Source of the DNA: Octopus sinensis
Lineage: Eukaryota
DNA length: 64,000 nt
Direction: 5' to 3'
NCBI RefSeq assembly: GCF_006345805.1
Contig: NC_043010.1
Coordinates: forward strand, 53,134,001-53,198,000
This document shows positions 38,300-50,625 of the stretch, piece after piece. The notes beneath the pieces were generated by a model. It saw nothing but the letters and a program-made list of their open reading frames with translations, was not told the origin of the DNA and searched no databases. How positions within the stretch are numbered: the stretch's first letter is position 1; each line of letters opens with the position of its first letter. Both the position numbers and the translations under genes were made by a program.

Positions 38300-39626
38300 T
38301 TTTAGACGGTAAGACGTGATATCAGAAAGATTCGGTTTCCGTTGTGTGTCATATGTGATACACAGGATGCATTTCCCTGGAAGCTTAGACTTGTAGGACA
38401 AACTTAGAAAAATGCTTTGGACAGACAAACGGTTCAGCTGATACGATGTGATATGAGGACAACTCGGCTTCTGTTGTTTTTATGTCCGATGTATGATATG
38501 TGATGCACGGGACATACATCCCTGGGCCTCATGCATTATATATGGGTAACATTCCCTAAGTTATTTTTCTCAACTATCAGGGTACATTGTTCTCAGTAAT
38601 AAATATAAAGCTTTACATTTATTACTGAGAACATAGGAAAAAGTTTGAGAGCAAGCGTAAACATTTAGGACAAACTAATGAAAATACTTTGGACAAGGTA
38701 AAGGTTATGATAAGATGTGATATGAGAAAAATTCAGCTTCTATTTCTAGCTGATTGACCAGCCACATGGAGGGTTCCCTCATTGACATGTTTCCATATTT
38801 TAGATGATGTGATATGAGTAAGATTCGGCTTGTGTTTCTGTGTCCTGTGTAACATGTGAGGCTCAGGACATATATCCCTGGCCCTATGTATTAAATATGG
38901 GTAACATTCCTAGCTTAAAATTTTTTCCAACTACCGGGGTGCATTGGGTCTTACGAAAAGAAAGCTTGATATTACTCAGAGCGTATGGAACAAGGGATAA
39001 ACTAAAACTCCGGAAACAGGCACTGGCGTTCAAGAAAAACTTCAGAAAATTCTTTGGACGAGGAAAAGTTTAAGATGATAGGATGTGACATGAGAAGGAT
39101 TCAGTTTCTATTTCTAGCTGGTCGAGATTTCAACATTGGTCGGCGCAATATTTTGGTAGTTTATACATTGGTAAATCTAGCAATTATCTCTCCAGGAAAT
39201 CTCAACGAGCCTAAAGATCCCGAGAAGCGATAGGTGCATGGAAAAAATTTCCATTCTGTCCATGTGGAATAGAACTTGAAGAATAAATAAATAAATAAAT
39301 ACATAAACAACACGGCGAAAACAAAGAGAAATATAGAAAAACAAAACGCGCAAAAAAAAAAAAAAACAAACGAAGTAACAAAAAAAAGCATACAAAAAAA
39401 GAAAACAAATACTAAAAAAAAAAGCAAACCTGATAAATACTTACAGCACGTGCTTAACTGGATTTCGGTGCATAATCAATGTTATTTCTTCCTTCCTTTC
39501 TTCCACTTTTTCTTCTTTTGTTTTGTTTTTGTGTATATTTGTTTGTTGTTGTTTACATTTTTTCTTGTATTGTTTTTATTCTTTTTTCTCAGTCATTTCC
39601 CTTGATTTCTCTACGTTCTCGCTCTT

Positions 39627-40740
39627 ACACATACACACACGCACACATACGCACACACACACGCACACACACATACGCACACACACACACGCACACACAC
39701 ACACGCACACACACATACGCACACACACACACGCACACACACATACGCACACACATAGGCGCACACACACATACGCACACACACATACGCACACACACAT
39801 ACGCGCACACACACACGCACACACACACACGCACACACACATACGCACACACACACGCACACACACATACGCACACACACATACGCACACACACACACGC
39901 ACACACACATACGCACACACATAGGCGCACACACACATACGCACACACACATACGCACACACACACACGCACACACACATACGCACACACACATACGCAC
40001 ACACACATACGCACACACATAGGCGCACACACACATACGCACACACACACACGCACACACACATACGCACACACACATACGCACACACACATACGCACAC
40101 ACATAGGCGCACACACACATACGCACACACATATGCGCGCACACACACACACAAGTGCCCGCGCGTCCATACGCGTTCATACATGCACACGCACGTAGAT
40201 ACACACACGCACATACATTCACACGCATACACACGCCTGCACGCGCGCCGATCCACTTTCATACATGCACACACGTAGATACACACACACACGCACACAC
40301 ACATACGAACACACACACACACATACGCACACACATATGCACACACACATATGCGCGCACACACACATATGCGCGCGCACACACACACAAGTGCCCGCGC
40401 GTCCATACGCGTTCATACATGCACACACACGTAGATACACACACGCACATACATTCACACGCATACACACGCCTGCACGCGCGCCGATCCGCTTTCATAC
40501 ATGCACACACGTAGATACACACACACACACATACACAAACACACACACACATACATACACTTACGTGTGCGCACCATGTGCATTCATACGTGCACACACA
40601 CACATAGATACATGCATACAGAAACGTGTGCGCGCGCCCATGCGACTTCATACACGCACACACACGCACACACACACACAAACACACACAAACACACACA
40701 CACATACACAAACATACACACACACACACACACACACCTA
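39627..40740. repeat. (CA)-based minisatellite with 12-14 bp units and a 236-bp higher-order duplication
   Basis: acgcacacacacat units with periodic aggcgc; caagtgcccgcgcgtccatacgcg at 40152 and 40388. Confidence 0.92.
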
Positions 40741-41116
40741 CATATGATCTTGCTTATTGGCGAGCAAGTGCAATCGTGCACATGTAAAAAATCGTTAAAA
40801 CACGAATGTGTACCTTCATACAACCGTGTATGTTTACACGTGTATGTCTAATACACACGCAGAAATATACCCGCCATTAAGCAGGCATATGTGTGTGTTT
40901 GTGTATGTGTATAGTTATATTGTATATATATATATATATAATATATATATATATCTATATATAATATATATATATATATATCATATATATATATCATATA
41001 TATATGTACATATGTATATACACATACACACAAATCCGTACAAACATGCACGCACACGTGCACACATCACACATGGTTACACACGCACACACACACACTC
41101 ACACACACACAAAAAC

Positions 41117-41158
<42 letters not shown>

Positions 41159-41359
41159 CAAACACACGAATATGTATACGTTGATACACACGCACACATG
41201 TATGCAAAAGATATACGCATACACATTTACACACGTATAGATGCATCAGTTCGTTTATACATATATTTATATGTGTGTGTGCGTGCGTGTGTGTATAGAT
41301 AGATAGAAGTATATGTGTATATTATATATATATATATATAGATATAATAATATGTATGT

Positions 41360-41423
<64 letters not shown>

Positions 41424-41970
41424 AATGTATGTATGTATATATATATTATATATGATATATATATAAACATGACTGCATATGTTTTATATATATATAAACT
41501 ATATATAAACATATGCACGCATGCATTTACTTATATATACATGCACATATTCACAAAAAAAGTTGATCCACACGCCCACGCCTGCACATGCACACGCAAC
41601 ACACACATACAGGCACCTATACGTATACAAATCCATACATGCCAGCATGAAAATATATCACGTTTGGTGTCTTCTTTCTCTCTGACTTTCATTTCCTGTT
41701 CCTGTTTTTCTTCAATCTCACTCCCTCTTTCCTACATTCCATCCCACATACATACATACATACATACATACACACACATACATCAAAGCATACACACATA
41801 TAATCAAAGAATACACACACATACATACATATATACATACATACATGCATACATACATACATACATACATACATACATACAGACAGACAGACAGATAGAC
41901 AGACAGCAGACATACATACATATATACATACAAATATACATAGAATTTTCAATCGTTCCCGATCCTTAGC

Positions 41971-41987
41971 ATATCTATCTATCTATC

Positions 41988-42041
<54 letters not shown>

Positions 42042-42105
42042 GATCTATTTATCTATCTATATATATCTATCTACCTATCTATCTATCCATTTATCTATCT
42101 ATCTA
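41971..42105. repeat. (TATC)n tetranucleotide repeat
   Basis: Direct reading. Confidence 0.97.
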
Positions 42106-42389
42106 TACACATATACATATATACATATGTATATAAACCTACTTGGAAACGTGTATGTATGTGCATCTGGTATGTGTGTGTGTGTGTGAGTGTTTGTGTG
42201 TATGGAGAAAATAAAGACGTAAAAGTGTGGAAACTGAATCGGTGAGTGTGTTTTATAATAAGGCACAAAAAGAGAATTATCCTCCCCTGACACAGCAAAA
42301 TTTGCTTCAACACCCGAACCCACATAAAGAATCTTGCATACCAAATCCAAAATGCAATATACTGTATATATAAATATATATAAAAAGAA

Positions 42390-42790
42390 TTTTTCGTAAT
42401 GAGATAAAAAAATCCCCCAAGGCTGTGTAGATTTTAGAACATTTATAGATAGAAGGTCTTACAGCTGTTTCCAGGTTATTTATTATATCCCTTCATCAGA
42501 GATGATGTGAGAGGATGGTTAAGAAATAGTTAATTCAGATGAGATATAAAATAGAGAGTGAGGTGGAGGTAATGAAAGAAAATAGATGTGCGATATGTAG
42601 GGATATTGCAATTGTAGATGCATTTTTGGGGCAGAATGGTATATATGTAAGATTCCAATACCTTATGAGTAAAATCCAATAGTATTTAAAATCGGTCATT
42701 CCAAGTATATAGCTTATACACAGTGTTATTGAATCAAGGATTTTATTCAAAGTAACCTAAAAATAGGAGTGTATTAGTAGGGTCAAAGCG
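42390..42790 (-). mobile_element. Penelope-like 3' end with hammerhead (family H); second copy 52640-53040 (+)
   Basis: ~400 bp homology between the loci; minus-strand TCT-CTGATGA-AGGGATA..TAACCTG-GAAAC-AGCT-GTA-AGA at 42456-42503; upstream TWND.F*ILLDFTHKVLESYI resembles a GIY-YIG C-terminus. Confidence 0.75.
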
Positions 42791-42907
42791 AAAACAGGAA
42801 GAGAGGAATAAAGAAAGGGATAAAGGAAAGAAAAAAGAGAAGAGAATAAAGAGAATAAGAAGAAAGTAAGAAGAAAGATAATAAAATAATGATATAACAA
42901 ACGGATT

Positions 42908-42957
42908 TTTGTCAGTGAACAGGTCGCGGATTTTAGCGACGAAAATATTTTGACAAA
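42908..42957 (+). ncRNA. Type I hammerhead motif with a compensatory G3:C8 core
   Basis: TTTGTCA-GTGAACA-G-GTCGC(ggatttta)GCGAC-GAA-AATATT-T-TGACAAA: 7-bp stem I, 5-bp stem II, palindromic stem III. Confidence 0.72.
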
Positions 42958-43950
42958 TTAAACTTAAATGTTGAAGTGAATTGAACGGCTTTTGTGTGTT
43001 TCTTAAATGGCTTACAAACACCTTCCACGCTGCAATTGTTTTCGTTTCAGCACACGATCTCAGATCAAATCACTTGCTATGCGAGTACATCTCCAAAAAT
43101 AATATAAGAAAATAAAAAACAGGAAGAGAGGAATAAAGGAAAGAAAGAAAATAGAAAAAAGAAAAGCAAAGGTATAGATAAGGGAAAATGTACCAGCTAG
43201 TGGTCAGTGGAGATAATTTGAAAGTAGGAGTGGGGAGATAAAGGGTGATAGAGAGAGAAAAGTATTAGAGAGTAAGAAGATAGAAGGAATGGGTAGGGGG
43301 ATATAATTAAATATGTATGTGTGTATGCGTGTATGTGTACGTGTGCGTGCGTGTGTGTGTGTGTGTGTAATTCTTATAAAAAACCACTTCGCACTTAAAA
43401 CAAAATTATTTTATTTTCAAGTGGCGCTACATTATATTGTCATTACGTTATAGCTCTAATCTCTAAAGTTCTTTTCTCGTAAGTTCAGCACTTTGGTAAT
43501 CACTTTGCACAACAAAAATATTTTCATTATAATTATGAAGTATTTATTCGTCTAATTACTACTACAGTTAATTTTTCGTTTAGGTAATTTTAAATTCGAT
43601 TTAAAATATTTATTTCACTCTTGCAAAGAACAGCAAATTAGATATATTTTGTCTGGAATATATGAGACGTGTGTACTCATTGCTAGTATGATAGAATTAA
43701 GTGATACAATCTTCAGGGTACTTAATGAATAATTTCCTGATGTGAAGTCATAATTACGTAATCCACTAGAAGGTATTGGCTCATTCTACATGTTTCTTCA
43801 GTAGAAAAGCAGCATGGGAACTCTTGCCTTTCGCTTCAGCTATACCCAAGATGCTTATTGACTGAATTCGTACTTCTGAAGAGCGAATTACGTAAAAATC
43901 GTAGCATGAAATGAAAAAGAACCGTCATCGGATCATAGGGCTATCCTGCA

Positions 43951-44020
<70 letters not shown>

Positions 44021-44244
44021 GACGCGACGACGACGACGACGACTATAAACGCACATATGTAAGCATGTCTGTGTCTATTTATCTATCTATCTATCTTGTA
44101 CATTTATTGAGAATTTCTAATTGTTAATTCTTTGCTGTATTCCTCGGATAAAAAGCGTTTATTTGCATGATGTAACGTTTGTGTTCATATATAAAAAAAA
44201 CACGCTTGAAACAGCTGTAGTGAACTAAAAGCCATCTGACGTTG

Positions 44245-44648
44245 TGACTGCGATAAGAAATTTGCTTCCCAACCACATGGTTCCAGGTTTAATCGTATTA
44301 TATTTCACCATGGGTATGTGTCTTCTTCTATAGTCTCAGGCCAACCAAAGCATTGTGAGTGGTTTTGTAAACGGAAACTGAAAGAAGCCCATCGTATATA
44401 TAAATACATAAACGCTTTTATGTGTGTGTGTGTCTTTGTGTCTGTGTTTGTTTTTTCACCATTGTTTGACAACCGTGTTGGCGTGTTTACTTACCCGAAA
44501 TATAGCGTTTGGGCAAACGAAACCGATCAAATAAGCATTAGCCTTACAAAGATTAAGTCCAGGGGTCGATTTCTTCGACTAAAAAATCCTTTAAGGCGGT
44601 GCTCCAGCATGGCCACAATCACATGACAGAAACAAATAAAAGAAGAAA
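44245..44648 (+). mobile_element. SINE family B, older full-length copy
   Basis: Decayed head, ggaaactgaaagaagccc, short TA/TG tract, tail aggcggtgctccagcatggccac. Confidence 0.85.
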
Positions 44649-44672
44649 GTATACACCACACATATATATATA

Positions 44673-44717
<45 letters not shown>

Positions 44718-44994
44718 TTATTATATATATATATATACATACATACATACATACATACATACAGGTATATATATATATATATATACACACGTTTCTATTT
44801 TTGGATTTGGTTTTTGGTTTGCAAGATTCTTTATGTGAGTTCGTGTTATGAAACATATTCTGTTGTGTCTGGGGTGAGTCATTCTATCTTGGTGCCTTAT
44901 GATTTAGCACACTCACTGGTAAAATTTCCACTTGTTTCTTTTTTATTTTTCTAAATAGTTTTAACTCAAAACTATTGAAAAGTTTGCAACACAT

Positions 44995-45492
44995 CCTTGT
45001 CACTGATGTTATCCAAGGCAAAGGCCGATACAGCTTGGCACCAGTGACATCGCAACCCATCCTACAGCTGAATGAACTGGCGCAACGTAAGATAAAGTGT
45101 CTTACTGAAGAACACAGCACACAGTCCGGCCCGGGAATTGAACGCACTATATATATATGAGTAAAGGTAAAGACCCTCTTTGGTCATGAAAGATCACAGG
45201 ATTGAAGCTAGAAACTTCCCTTCCAAGGTACAAGTCCGGACAACGTAGTTTATAGAAGACCAGCAGTCGCCCATAGATACAAGCAGCTCCTCTCTCCTTG
45301 TCACTGATGTTATCCAAGGGAAAGGCAAAGGACGATACAGCTTGGCATCAGTGACGTCGCAACTTATTTCTACAATTGAGTGAACTGGAGCAACGTGAAA
45401 AAAAGTGTCTTGCTCAAGAACACACAACACACCTTGTTCCTAGAATTGAACTCACTACCTCATGATTGTGTGCCTGATGATTTAACCACTGC
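44995..45492 (-). mobile_element. Two SINE copies with a family C-like head and an ACCTTT-type tail (44995-45147, 45162-45492)
   Basis: cttgtcactgatgttatccaagg..aaagg.cgatacagcttggca duplicated; minus-strand end ggtctttaccttta. Confidence 0.75.
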
Positions 45493-46007
45493 TAACTATG
45501 AATCTAAATGCAATCAAGCTAAGACAATCTCTCAGCATACATTCAAGTATTTGGGCTTACGTGGACTGGTTTCTGGACTGGCATTAAAGCCTCACCTTAC
45601 CCAACACGCGTTACCATGATAGAGAGCTCCAACCCATCATGTTGAAGTTTGAACTGCAAAAGATTCACTTTGCGCCAAATAGAAAGAAATAATAATAGAA
45701 TCAATGATATCATAAATACCTTTTCCTGAATTATTTGCAGCGTATCAAATTGTTATATATATATATATATGAATTAAGAAAAAAACACCTTTTATCAATT
45801 CAAAATGAACAATTAAATTACACCATCTAGAAAATTACATCTAATAGAAATATTAGAATTAAAATATCAATAAAATAAAAAAGCCTATATAAACATTTTT
45901 CTAGAACAAGTAAGAGATAGAAGATAACGAACGTATAAATACACACATATATACGCATACATATACAAACACACACACATACATTTATATGTAATATATA
46001 TATATAA

Positions 46008-46039
<32 letters not shown>

Positions 46040-46080
46040 CTGTATATATATAAATATAATATATATATATATATATATAT

Positions 46081-46133
<53 letters not shown>

Positions 46134-46192
46134 TATAAATTATATGTATATATACATACGCACACACACACACACACATATATATATATTAT

Positions 46193-46405
46193 ATTCAAAA
46201 TGTGATCGCATATGTACCGTGGCGATTTTTTCCTCCGCCTTACCTTCTTAGGATCTTTCCTTTCCTATGTTTCTGACGAAGAGCTCCGCTCGAAACGTTA
46301 AACCCTCCTTTTTTCCTTCTTTCATGAGCGTCCAATAATACTATACTTGTTCCACGTCCTCGCGTTGTTGTGTTTTCTCTTTGTGTTTACATGTTTGGAT
46401 TAACT
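46193..46405 (+). mobile_element. HHR-bearing family K, copy 4 (best preserved)
   Basis: GTTT-CTGACGA-A-GAGC(tcc)GCTC-GAAACGT-T-AAAC at 46269-46303; all stems pair. Confidence 0.85.
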
Positions 46406-47088
46406 ATATATATAGACACATACATTCATACATACACACACAGACATACACATACATACATATACACGAGGGGGTGCTGAAAAATTCCTTCAGTTGGGTA
46501 TAAGAAAATACGGACGATCAGTTAATTATGATTTTATTCAATATACTCTCCTTTAAGAACTCGGAAAGTTATGGTTTATATATTTATATATAAAGGGATC
46601 TAACGAATTACATTTAATTTAATTTAAGAATGAATTTCGTCAGACAATACATTATTTCATTATTAGGTGGCTTATTTATTTGTAATATTAAATTTTAAGT
46701 TAATTAGGTATTATATTATTTGATATTTAGTCAACTTTATTATAGATTGTTATATTAAATCTATAGATACTACACATGTATATTTTTTTATATGGTTAGC
46801 TTATTTAAGGAGTTTGTCTATATTTGAACCATTTCTCATTTTGGTTACAATTTAATGACTTGTACTAGCTTTGTGTATTTTATTTAATTTTAAAGTATTT
46901 AAAAATTTAAGTATTGTTTTAGTTTTCACTTATGTATATTTAGTATTTTCATATATATGTATATATATATATATATATATACACACTCACTCACGTACAC
47001 ACACACACACACATACACACACACACATATATATATATATATTAAAGTATATTTATTAATTAATTATTTTATTGTTCTAGTTTATTTT

Positions 47089-47177
47089 TAACCTGATAAA
47101 TGACTATATTTACATCGAAGTGATTTCTCTACTACTATAATCACTTCTTAAATACAGCCACGAAACACGTGTCGTTA
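47089..47177 (+). ncRNA. Type I hammerhead with long stem II, mutated core
   Basis: TAAC-CTGATAA-[ATGACTATATTTA..GAAGTGATT..AATCACTTC.TAAATACAGCCAC]-GAAAC-ACGT-GTC-GTTA. Confidence 0.72.
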
Positions 47178-47370
47178 TTCTACAAATTATATACGTTTTT
47201 TTATTATTATTTTATTTTTTGTTATTATTTTTTTGCAGTTTACTTAATCATTAACATTTTATTGATATTTTAATTTTGATATTTCTATTATATGGGATTT
47301 TCTAGATGGTGTAATTTAATTGTTCATTTTGAATTGATAAAAGGTGGGTTTTTTCTAATTTTATATATAT

Positions 47371-47975
47371 AGTCGCCTGGATTACTGCTCACAGCTATGG
47401 TCACCCACTAGGGTAAAATTAACAGCAGACCTTGAAGCAATCCAGAGAAGATTCACAAAGAAGATCGTCTCTTTGCAACAGCTCAGCTACTGGGAAAGGT
47501 TGAAACAGCTAAGACTCTACTCCCTGGAGAGACGACGGGAGAAGTATGCAGTAATATATGTCTGGAAGATCCTGGAAGGAATTGTGCCAAATTTTAGCAT
47601 TGTAAGCTACACCAATGCTAGAACGGGACAACACTACATAGTGCCAAAGATCCCAGCAATGCCATCACGCTTCAGGACCAGCTTCTGCAACAGCCTGGGT
47701 TTCAAGGGCCCACAGCTTTTTAATATTTTCCCAAAGAGTCTGAGGAAGTTGCACAAAGTAGATGTAGCGGTGTTTAAATCAAAACTGGACATCTTCCTGT
47801 CAAGAGTCTCAGATGAACCTACCTCACGGCAAGAGGTGCAAATGAGAGTAGCTGTATCAAACTCCATTCTTCACCAAGTGCCACATATTAGACGAGGTTC
47901 GTCGCAATAACAGTGTAGCACAAAACGGCGATGCATCAGCATGGCCGCAGCTCTGAGCTGAAACTAGAAAAAAAA
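47371..47975 (+). pseudogene. 5'-truncated CR1/L2-group LINE (ORF2 C-terminus plus 3' tail)
   Basis: Open frame 47371-47910: SRLDYCSQLWSP...LEAIQRRFTK...LSYWERLKQLRLYSLERRR...; ends in a stem-loop and an A-rich tail. Confidence 0.9.
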
Positions 47976-48087
47976 TATATATATATTATATTGTGTGAAA
48001 TTTGATTTAGTATTTCTAAATTGAATTTTTTTTTCCTTGTAAGCTTGGATTTTACTCCCTCAAATAATATAATTATATATATATATA

Positions 48088-48126
<39 letters not shown>

Positions 48127-48454
48127 TATAGAGAGAGAGAGAAGAGAGAGAGAGAGGAGATGTGTGTGTGTTTATATCTATATATACATATAAATGTATG
48201 TGTGTGTGTGTTTGTATATGTATGTGTGTATATGTGTGTATTTGTACGTTCGTTATCTTCTATCTCTTGTTCTAGAAAAATGTTTAGTCGAATGAATTGG
48301 CCCCAGTACTTATTTTCGTTCTTTAAGCCAGGTACTTATTCTATCAATGTCAGTTTGCTCAACCGCTAAGTTATAAATTCGTAGCCACCAACACCAGTTG
48401 TGAAGGAGTGGTGGAGACACAAACACAAAGACACAGACACATAGATAAATACAC

Positions 48455-48541
<87 letters not shown>

Positions 48542-48619
48542 TTCTATGTATGTATGTATGTATAAACGCATAATATATTTATATGTATGTATACACGCAG
48601 ATATATATATATTCTTCAT

Positions 48620-48805
48620 GATAGATCACTAGCCACTACACATTCTTTATTTTTCTCTCTTGTTTCTTCTGTGTTCTTTTCTGTGGAAGAGAGTAGGCTC
48701 GAAACGTTAAAGACTTTTTCACTTCCCGAGCGTTAAACTAATACATCTGTTTGTCTACACCACCTCTCTTCGTCTTTTATTATTTTTTTTTTTGTGAATT
48801 CTCCC

Positions 48806-48806
<1 letters not shown>
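48620..48806 (+). mobile_element. HHR-bearing repeat related in design to family K
   Basis: TCTTTT-CTGTGGA-AGAGAGTAGGCTC-GAAACGT-T-AAAGA at 48675-48713 (A6 replaced by U). Confidence 0.6.
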
Positions 48807-48854
<48 letters not shown>

Positions 48855-49382
48855 GGCGGCTTTTTCCGTCTACCAGATCCACACACAAGGCTATGGTCGG
48901 ATCGAGGCCATAGTAGAAGATACCTACCCAAGGTGCCTCGCGGAGGAAAACTGAACCCAGAACTACGGGGTTGAGAAACAAGTTTCTCTCCACACAGCTA
49001 CGCCTGCGCCAATGTATGCATGTATATACCAGAGTTCTGTAAAAGTGAACGTTGAGCACATAAAAGTACAAATATACATATCGCCTCTCTCGTAAGAATG
49101 ATTTTGCAATCGCTTTGAATAAACGAATGCTCAAGCAGCTTGATAAACAAAAAATACTTATTAAATTATATAATGGAGCTTACTATGACTTTCATTCCCC
49201 TCTTTTAATCATATCACAACGGTCGAGCGTGACTAATTGCTTGAAAATCTATTGATTATTTTGAACATCTACTTATTCCGTTGCAAATAAAAATTCTAAA
49301 ATGGTGTCTTGCTCTTTTTTCTTATCCAATGTGCTAACATTCAGCTATTTGTAAATGTAATGGGCATCAGTAAATATCATTT

Positions 49383-49587
49383 CTTCTATAGGCACAAGGC
49401 CTGAAATGTTGAAAGGAAGTGTCCGTTATATCGGTCCCAGCGCTCAACTGGCATTTATTTTACAGACCCCGAAGGGATAAAAGGTAAAGAGAACCTCGGT
49501 AGAATTTGAACTCAGAACTTCAAGACGGACAAAATTTAGCTGAGTATTTTTCCCGGCGTGCTAACGATTCTGCCAACTCACCGCCAT
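49383..49587 (-). mobile_element. SINE family A
   Basis: Reverse complement gatggcggtgagttggcagaatcgttagcacgccggg...ggccttgtgcctatagaag. Confidence 0.85.
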
Positions 49588-49626
49588 CAAATAATAACGA
49601 TGATGATGAGGATAATAATAATAATG

Positions 49627-50170
49627 CCATCAAAGTGACACTGGGGTAAAATATACGAAGCCCAGTATACCCATCATGACTACCCGTCTGATAAGGGTAC
49701 ACTAGGCACATGCATCACAACCATATGTGCGCGACATGGTGATCTCATATCAAGATAAACAGCACGTGACCTTGCAGGTGGGGCCCAGTTAGAATTTTGT
49801 TCTGGTCGAGTAGCCCATCCCGCTCAAAAGGTCCCTGAATAAGGGTTGTTTAAGGATGTTGAACGAAACACCCCTGTTTCCAAAGGTGAATTATTCAAAT
49901 GCCAAATAATCCCTCTCAACACATGGCTATGATGCTCCCCCACTACTTCTGCTCGTGATCAGAGATGCACATATCGTCAGCCACTAAGGGACATGCTCAA
50001 CTGGTTAAGGTCAAACAACTGACAAGCAAATCTGTGGTATTGATATTTGCTGTTAGCCCATCATTTTAAACCAAGACAAAACAATGTACATGATAACACT
50101 TCCAATCAGTTAAGATCAGGAGCCACGGGAGCTACTGCCTGGTACTGCATCAGGGTATAGCTACTGCCTG

Positions 50171-50172
<2 letters not shown>
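49627..50172 (-). mobile_element. ~545 bp non-coding repeat flanked by AAT/ATT microsatellites
   Basis: Homologous to 16955-17275; terminal agctactgcctggta is duplicated. Confidence 0.75.
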
Positions 50173-50265
<93 letters not shown>

Positions 50266-50322
50266 TTCATAGTCGTCGTCGTCATCATCATCATCATTAT
50301 CATTATTGTTATTATTATTAAT

Positions 50323-50625
50323 CCGGTGGAGTGGTAGAATTGTTAGCACACCGGACAAAATGCTTATCGATATTTCGTCCGTCTTTATATTCCGAGTTCA
50401 GATTTCGTCGAGTTCGACTTTGCCTTTTACCTTTCGTGGTGCGATAAAAGAAGTACCTGTTGAAAGCTCGTGCCGATGTAATCGACGTTCGAATTCCCTC
50501 GGGGTAGACTATGCCATTCATTATTTTGCGGTCCATAAATACAATTACCAATAAAGTACTGTGATCGATAAAATCGACTTACCCCGCCTCTCAACAATTC
50601 CTGGCTCTGTACCAAAATTTGAAAA
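50323..50625 (+). mobile_element. Decayed SINE family A
   Basis: ggtggagtggtagaattgttagcacaccgg...gagttcagatttc...gactttgccttttacctttcg. Confidence 0.75.

Larger units (their letters stand above)
37165..39125 (+). repeat. Degenerate tandem array, ~98 bp unit with longer ~300-500 bp variant units, interrupted by a hAT MITE
   Basis: acggtaggatgtgatatgaagaagattcggcttctatttctagctggtcgag.gaccacgtagagggttcc near 37259, 37356, 37455, 37553, 37653, 38305, 38710 and 39075. Confidence 0.8.
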
